From Bdellovibrionales bacterium (lineage in GTDB: Bacteria > Bdellovibrionota > Bdellovibrionia > Bdellovibrionales > UBA840): 43,075 nt of DNA. Both the position numbers and the translations under genes were made by a program. The notes below the pieces were generated by a model that saw only the letters and a program-made list of their open reading frames with translations, was not told the DNA's origin and made no database searches. Location: the NCBI GenBank assembly GCA_037969075.1, contig JBBKWS010000120.1:1-43075 (forward strand), given 5' to 3'. This document shows, piece by piece, positions 39,234 to 43,075 of the stretch. Within the stretch, counting starts at the first letter, position 1. Every line of letters starts with the position of its first letter.

Positions 39234-39334
39234 GTGTCGAACTTTTAGTGGGTAGTCCTGAGACAAAAAAAATCTTTTTCTAAAAAAAAACTCAATCCCT
39301 AGTATTCTGTAAAAGTTGTACACAGGAGAACGTT

Positions 39335-40465
39335 ATGAAGTTACTTAAAACAGTAGGAGTCCTAAGCTTGTTATTGGCCACAGCTTGTAACGAGGGCGGA
39401 ACAGAGATCGAAGGAGTTAACATTAATCCCGAGAGCTACTTTGATGTGAACACATTCTCTTTAAACAAATTAGTCTGTGATCCTTTTGGCGGTGGCGGTA
39501 ACCCAGCTGCAAACGGAGGGTTAAAAGCTAATCTCTATTATTTAGAAGATGGTTCAAACCCACTTTCACATGTTGCAGATTATTTTACGACAGGTATAAA
39601 ATCTGATAAAATCATGTTCTTCTCACAAATCAATGTGCCAACAAGGCTATTTAACTTAGGTTTCCCTACAGCAACTGGTGGCACAATTACAAAAGATAAT
39701 GGCGAAGCTTTAGTTGAAAACTTCGCACTTGATATTGAGACGGTAATTAAACTGGGCCCTAATGATGAACCAGGTCTTTATGAGCTAGCGCTACTATCAG
39801 ATGATGGATCAGTATTACAAGTTCGTGACGCTGGTACTTATGTCACCGTTGTTGATAATGATGGAACTCATCCAACAAAGTTTGGTTGTGCTAGCCGCTC
39901 AATACAAATGGGCGCCGATGATTCTTATTTAGCAAAGATCCATTATTATCAAGGTCCAAGAGATCATATATCAGTGATCCCTATGTGGAGAAAAATTACT
40001 GACGAAAGCCAAGTTGGTACTGACTCTAGCTGTGGTCAACAAGGTAACTCTATGTATTTTGACTACAATAATAACTCAGAGCCAAAGGCTGCTTACAATG
40101 GCCTACTTGCACGCGGATGGAAGCCGTTAAATGCCGACAACTATGAGTTGCCAAACTCTATACCTATAAACCCATGTGTAAATGGCGAAGCACCAATTAT
40201 CACTAATATAAGTGTACGCGATATGTATGATGGGCAAATTCAGGTGATTTGGAATACAGATATTCCGGCGACCGCTCAGGTGCGAGTAGTAAATATGGAT
40301 AATGGCCAAGAAATTCTAACTTACAGTGATAACGTCTTGAGAAGTGAGCATGAAGTATTCGTACAAGGCCTACAACGTCAGGTTAACTACATGATCCAAG
40401 CAGTGTCGGTATCAGATACTTACGGTAAGACTTTGAGCTATGCGTATAACTTAAGAATTGAGTAA
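39335..40465 (+). CDS. Lipoprotein with a PA14-like domain and a C-terminal FN3-like domain
   Basis: LATA-C lipobox; ENFALD..GLYELALLSDDGS..DNDGTH..YYQG (PA14-like); IWNTDIPATAQV..EHEVFVQGL..YMIQAVS (FN3-like); SD AGGAG. Confidence 0.8.
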   Translation: MKLLKTVGVLSLLLATACNEGGTEIEGVNINPESYFDVNTFSLNKLVCDPFGGGGNPAANGGLKANLYYLEDGSNPLSHVADYFTTGIKSDKIMFFSQINVPTRLFNLGFPTATGGTITKDNGEALVENFALDIETVIKLGPNDEPGLYELALLSDDGSVLQVRDAGTYVTVVDNDGTHPTKFGCASRSIQMGADDSYLAKIHYYQGPRDHISVIPMWRKITDESQVGTDSSCGQQGNSMYFDYNNNSEPKAAYNGLLARGWKPLNADNYELPNSIPINPCVNGEAPIITNISVRDMYDGQIQVIWNTDIPATAQVRVVNMDNGQEILTYSDNVLRSEHEVFVQGLQRQVNYMIQAVSVSDTYGKTLSYAYNLRIE

Positions 40466-40526
40466 CGTTACAAACGTCTTTAACGGGAAGTTGATGGGCT
40501 GTCCTGCCACGGAAGGTACTGTTTTG

Positions 40527-40558
40527 AATAGCGAGCTATAGGCTCGCTATTTTCTTTT
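40527..40558 (+). terminator. Intrinsic terminator
   Basis: AATAGCGAGC-N5-GCTCGCTATT 10-bp stem followed by TTCTTTT. Confidence 0.8.
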
Positions 40559-40624
40559 AAAATCCATTGAACTCTTCAACTAGCTTAGCTACTTTGTATA
40601 GATATTGAATTCAATGGAGTTTAT

Positions 40625-41026
40625 GTGAAAAAATTTGTTTACGCCCTAATACTAGTAGTTGTTCTGTTTTTTAGTAGCTATATATTTATCAATTACTACA
40701 GTTACATTTTTGCACGAAAAGTCGATGGCATTATTGTTAAAGTCGAAAAACCAGCCGCACCGGTAGCTGTTATGGGGACCACAACCGAAGAGGGGTCTAA
40801 AATGGCAGAGAAACAACTGTTTTCCTTTGCTGTAGCTATAAAAATTGCTGATGGTGAAATAGTCACCGCATCCACTGAAGACCGCCAGTGGTCTGTAGCC
40901 GAAGTAGGTAAATGTGTTGAGGCTAAGTTTTACCCTTATGCTCCTTGGCAGTTTGATAAAGCTGGCACCTATTACAATGCCCGGCTGTTAAAACTGTATG
41001 AATGTGGTGAATTTAAAAACAAATAA
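40625..41026 (+). CDS. Hypothetical protein with an N-terminal TM helix and a small beta-rich domain
   Basis: GTG start with GGAG SD; hydrophobic N-terminus; two Cys. Confidence 0.75.
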   Translation: MKKFVYALILVVVLFFSSYIFINYYSYIFARKVDGIIVKVEKPAAPVAVMGTTTEEGSKMAEKQLFSFAVAIKIADGEIVTASTEDRQWSVAEVGKCVEAKFYPYAPWQFDKAGTYYNARLLKLYECGEFKNK

Positions 41027-41115
41027 TTCTAAATCAATGTGATTTTTAAAGTTTATTTGTCCCATAATGAGACGGTGCATTTTGTTAACAACAACAATTA
41101 CGATATAATATAGGT

Positions 41116-41205
41116 ATGATGATCAGTAGAAACATTCAGTTATTTGTAGGGGTCGTTTTATCCATTGTGATGATAATGGCATTTCAGAATTGCACCCCTT
41201 TTTAA
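41116..41205 (+). CDS. 29-aa micro-ORF: lipoprotein signal peptide ending AFQN-C plus TPF (micro-lipopeptide or gene remnant)
   Basis: MMISRNIQLFVGVVLSIVMIMAFQNCTPF*; TATAAT at 41104-41109; not in the ORF track (<60 aa). Confidence 0.5.
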   Translation: MMISRNIQLFVGVVLSIVMIMAFQNCTPF

Positions 41206-41961
41206 TCACACCCCTACTTTTGTATTATCTTCGATTCTAGATTTTGGTAATATCACAGCGTGTGGGGATACCATTACTCCCTCACCAATTATCACATCTC
41301 CCATTACACTGGCTTTTAAACCTATCGTTGTATTTTTCTTAATATGAACATTTGCAACAATCAGATAACCCTTCATACCGTAATGGGCAAATAGTGTGGC
41401 CGAACCACCTATTGTCACGTAATCATCCAGCGTGATTAAACAAGGGTCTGAAATATTTGAAGTATTGATAACTGTACCCTTGCCTATCTTCATCCCCATA
41501 AGTCTAAAAAATAATAAATTTAGAGGAGTTGGATTTAGAAAATCTAGCACCGTATAACGCACGAGTTGAGTGAGAGCATTATGGTAATACCAAGGAATAA
41601 CATCAATTGAGTACCAAGTGGCTTTCACAGGTTTTATAAAAGGTAGTAATGGAAAATTAATGATTGGGACCACTAATATCATAACCAGCCAAAAGCTTAT
41701 AACACCTAGAGAGAACGCTACAGACAACATAATACATTGCCACCACAAAGGCTCACCCTGCGCCAGTAAGATCGCATTTTGTATAAAGTAAATGCCCGGC
41801 ATTATCGAGGTACTAATCGCAATGATGTACGCCACAGCGATTGGTGAAATTAAAATAACAAAAGCTAAATTTCTAAAGGTTCTTAAGAAGCGCTCCATTA
41901 GACCGCCCGCACCCTTACGGTCAGAAGAGGTTCGATTTGGATCATCATATATTTTCGTCAT
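41206..41961 (-). CDS. Membrane-anchored hexapeptide-repeat (LbH) acyltransferase-like protein
   Basis: N-terminal TM helices; RLMGMKIGKGTVI, ITLDDYVTIGG, VHIKKNTTIG, VIIGEGVMV repeats. Confidence 0.85.
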   Translation of the reverse strand: MTKIYDDPNRTSSDRKGAGGLMERFLRTFRNLAFVILISPIAVAYIIAISTSIMPGIYFIQNAILLAQGEPLWWQCIMLSVAFSLGVISFWLVMILVVPIINFPLLPFIKPVKATWYSIDVIPWYYHNALTQLVRYTVLDFLNPTPLNLLFFRLMGMKIGKGTVINTSNISDPCLITLDDYVTIGGSATLFAHYGMKGYLIVANVHIKKNTTIGLKASVMGDVIIGEGVMVSPHAVILPKSRIEDNTKVGV

Positions 41962-42082
41962 TACACCCACCTTGAAAGCTTCTTACAAAATGGTAGTCAT
42001 GGTATTTAAAATACGCAAGTCTGTTTTAATGCTTTTAATTGAAAAACAATAATGACAAGATGTGAATATATTGGAGTTTTTT

Positions 42083-42679
42083 ATGAAGACAACTAGCAAA
42101 TATACAGTTTCAATTATGCTACTAGCCGTATTACTATCCTTACCTGGCACCGAAGATAAAATGACTTGGTTCTTTGAAACCGTACCTGTAATGATTGGAG
42201 CCGCCCTACTGTTTCTAACAAGAAGAAAGTTTTCACCAACACCCTTATTAGCTATATTAATCGTAATACACGCAATTATTTTGTGCGTAGGCGGGCACTA
42301 TACATACGCGAAAGTCCCAGTAGGTTTTTGGGTGCAAGATTGGTTAGACCTTGCGAGAAATAATTATGATCGACTCGGACATTTAGCCCAAGGATTTGTG
42401 CCGGCGATACTTGCGCGTGAAATTTTAATTAAAAATAGTATAGTTAGTAACAAAAATTGGATGTTCTATATTATTTGCGCCATTTGTTTATCCTTTAGTG
42501 CATTCTATGAACTCATCGAATGGTGGACCGCTGTCATTGCCGGAGACGGTGCGACTGATTTCTTAGGAACACAGGGTGATGTCTGGGATGCACAGTGGGA
42601 TATGTTCCTTGCGCTTATTGGTTGCGTAGTTTCACTTTTGTTACTCAGCAAGCAACACAATAAACAATTAAATAGTTAG
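42083..42679 (+). CDS. DUF2238/YjdF family inner membrane protein
   Basis: TWFFE, GGHYTYAKVP, RNNYDRLGH, YELIEW, FLGTQGDVWDAQWDM. Confidence 0.93.
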   Translation: MKTTSKYTVSIMLLAVLLSLPGTEDKMTWFFETVPVMIGAALLFLTRRKFSPTPLLAILIVIHAIILCVGGHYTYAKVPVGFWVQDWLDLARNNYDRLGHLAQGFVPAILAREILIKNSIVSNKNWMFYIICAICLSFSAFYELIEWWTAVIAGDGATDFLGTQGDVWDAQWDMFLALIGCVVSLLLLSKQHNKQLNS

Positions 42680-42866
42680 CGCGATTAAAAAAATTTCTAA
42701 CTAACCTAGACAAAACTTAGTTGTTAAGAAAACTTCACAACCCACAGAACTCGAGTTGTTTAGACCATTTAGTCTGAATATCAATATCTCTACATCACAA
42801 GAACGTGGCACCCTCCTTTACATTAAATCCTGCATCGCATACGTTGTAATTATATAAGGAGTTTAT

Positions 42867-43075
42867 ATGAATACAGTAACAAGATACCTATCGTTTTTAA
42901 TTGGTTTTTTACTAATCACCGCCTGCGCATCAACGCCAAAGGTGACAAGCTTTCCGGACTCAGCAGATCCATCTGCAGAAATGGATAGCTTAAAACGAAA
43001 TATTGATCTCGCAAAAGAAGACCAAGTGGATGTTTTAGCCAAAGATGATTTTAAACATGCTGAAAAGCAACTAAG
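42867..43075 (+). CDS. Lipoprotein, N-terminal fragment truncated by the window end
   Basis: AAGGAG SD; MNTVTRYLSFLIGFLLITA-CASTPK...; reading frame open to the end of the window. Confidence 0.8.
   Translation, partial: MNTVTRYLSFLIGFLLITACASTPKVTSFPDSADPSAEMDSLKRNIDLAKEDQVDVLAKDDFKHAEKQL

Noticed and set aside
40507..40516. CsrA/RsmA-type site CC-ACGGAA-GG in the 3' UTR of the PA14 lipoprotein gene
   Set aside because: A single GGA loop with a 2-bp stem is insufficient evidence
3088..42052. Short ORFs in the track overlapping larger genes (e.g. 3088-3312, 4257-4661, 8261-8575, 9401-9697, 10590-10901, 12690-12971, 30188-30385, 35144-35410, 41792-42052)
   Set aside because: Antisense or alternate-frame shadows of well-supported genes, with no motifs or ribosome-binding sites
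1..43075. CRISPR arrays, tRNA/rRNA genes, IS elements, prophage or defence island
   Set aside because: No regularly spaced repeats, cloverleaf or rRNA-like segments, or transposase, integrase or phage proteins were seen; intergenic gaps are short

Overview
AT-rich, gene-dense bacterial chromosomal segment with about 50 CDSs. I saw no rRNA, tRNA, CRISPR array, transposase, integrase or phage genes. Gene content (class II HMG-CoA reductase, FQNC-type lipoprotein signal, FliA-like promoters before secreted proteins) suggests a Bdellovibrionota-like predator; this is inference, not a database match. The window is mostly core metabolism: an agmatinase fragment, dksA, fxsA, dCMP deaminase and xth; a translationally coupled shikimate operon aroB-aroA-[aroK/aroD/aroE fusion]-aroC followed by HMG-CoA reductase, hldD, a long-form phenylalanine hydroxylase and two tRNA methyltransferases; ribD; a pantothenate/CoA operon (panG-panB-panC-coaC-coaB-coaX-panD); sufE, a flavin reductase and an unusual adenosine deaminase-like enzyme; feoAB with a ferritin-like gene; a Prx5-Grx hybrid plus disulfide reductase behind an OxyR-like site; and several lipoproteins. 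The most notable observations are four: (1) the aro operon reproduces the domain order of the eukaryotic pentafunctional AROM protein, with three domains already fused; (2) a candidate ~155-nt sRNA with C-rich anti-SD-like tracts and a strong terminator at about 15124-15280; (3) an unannotated 29-codon ORF that is only a lipoprotein signal peptide plus CTPF; (4) a recurring TGTCTCA/TGAGACA operator-like motif upstream of lipoprotein genes.
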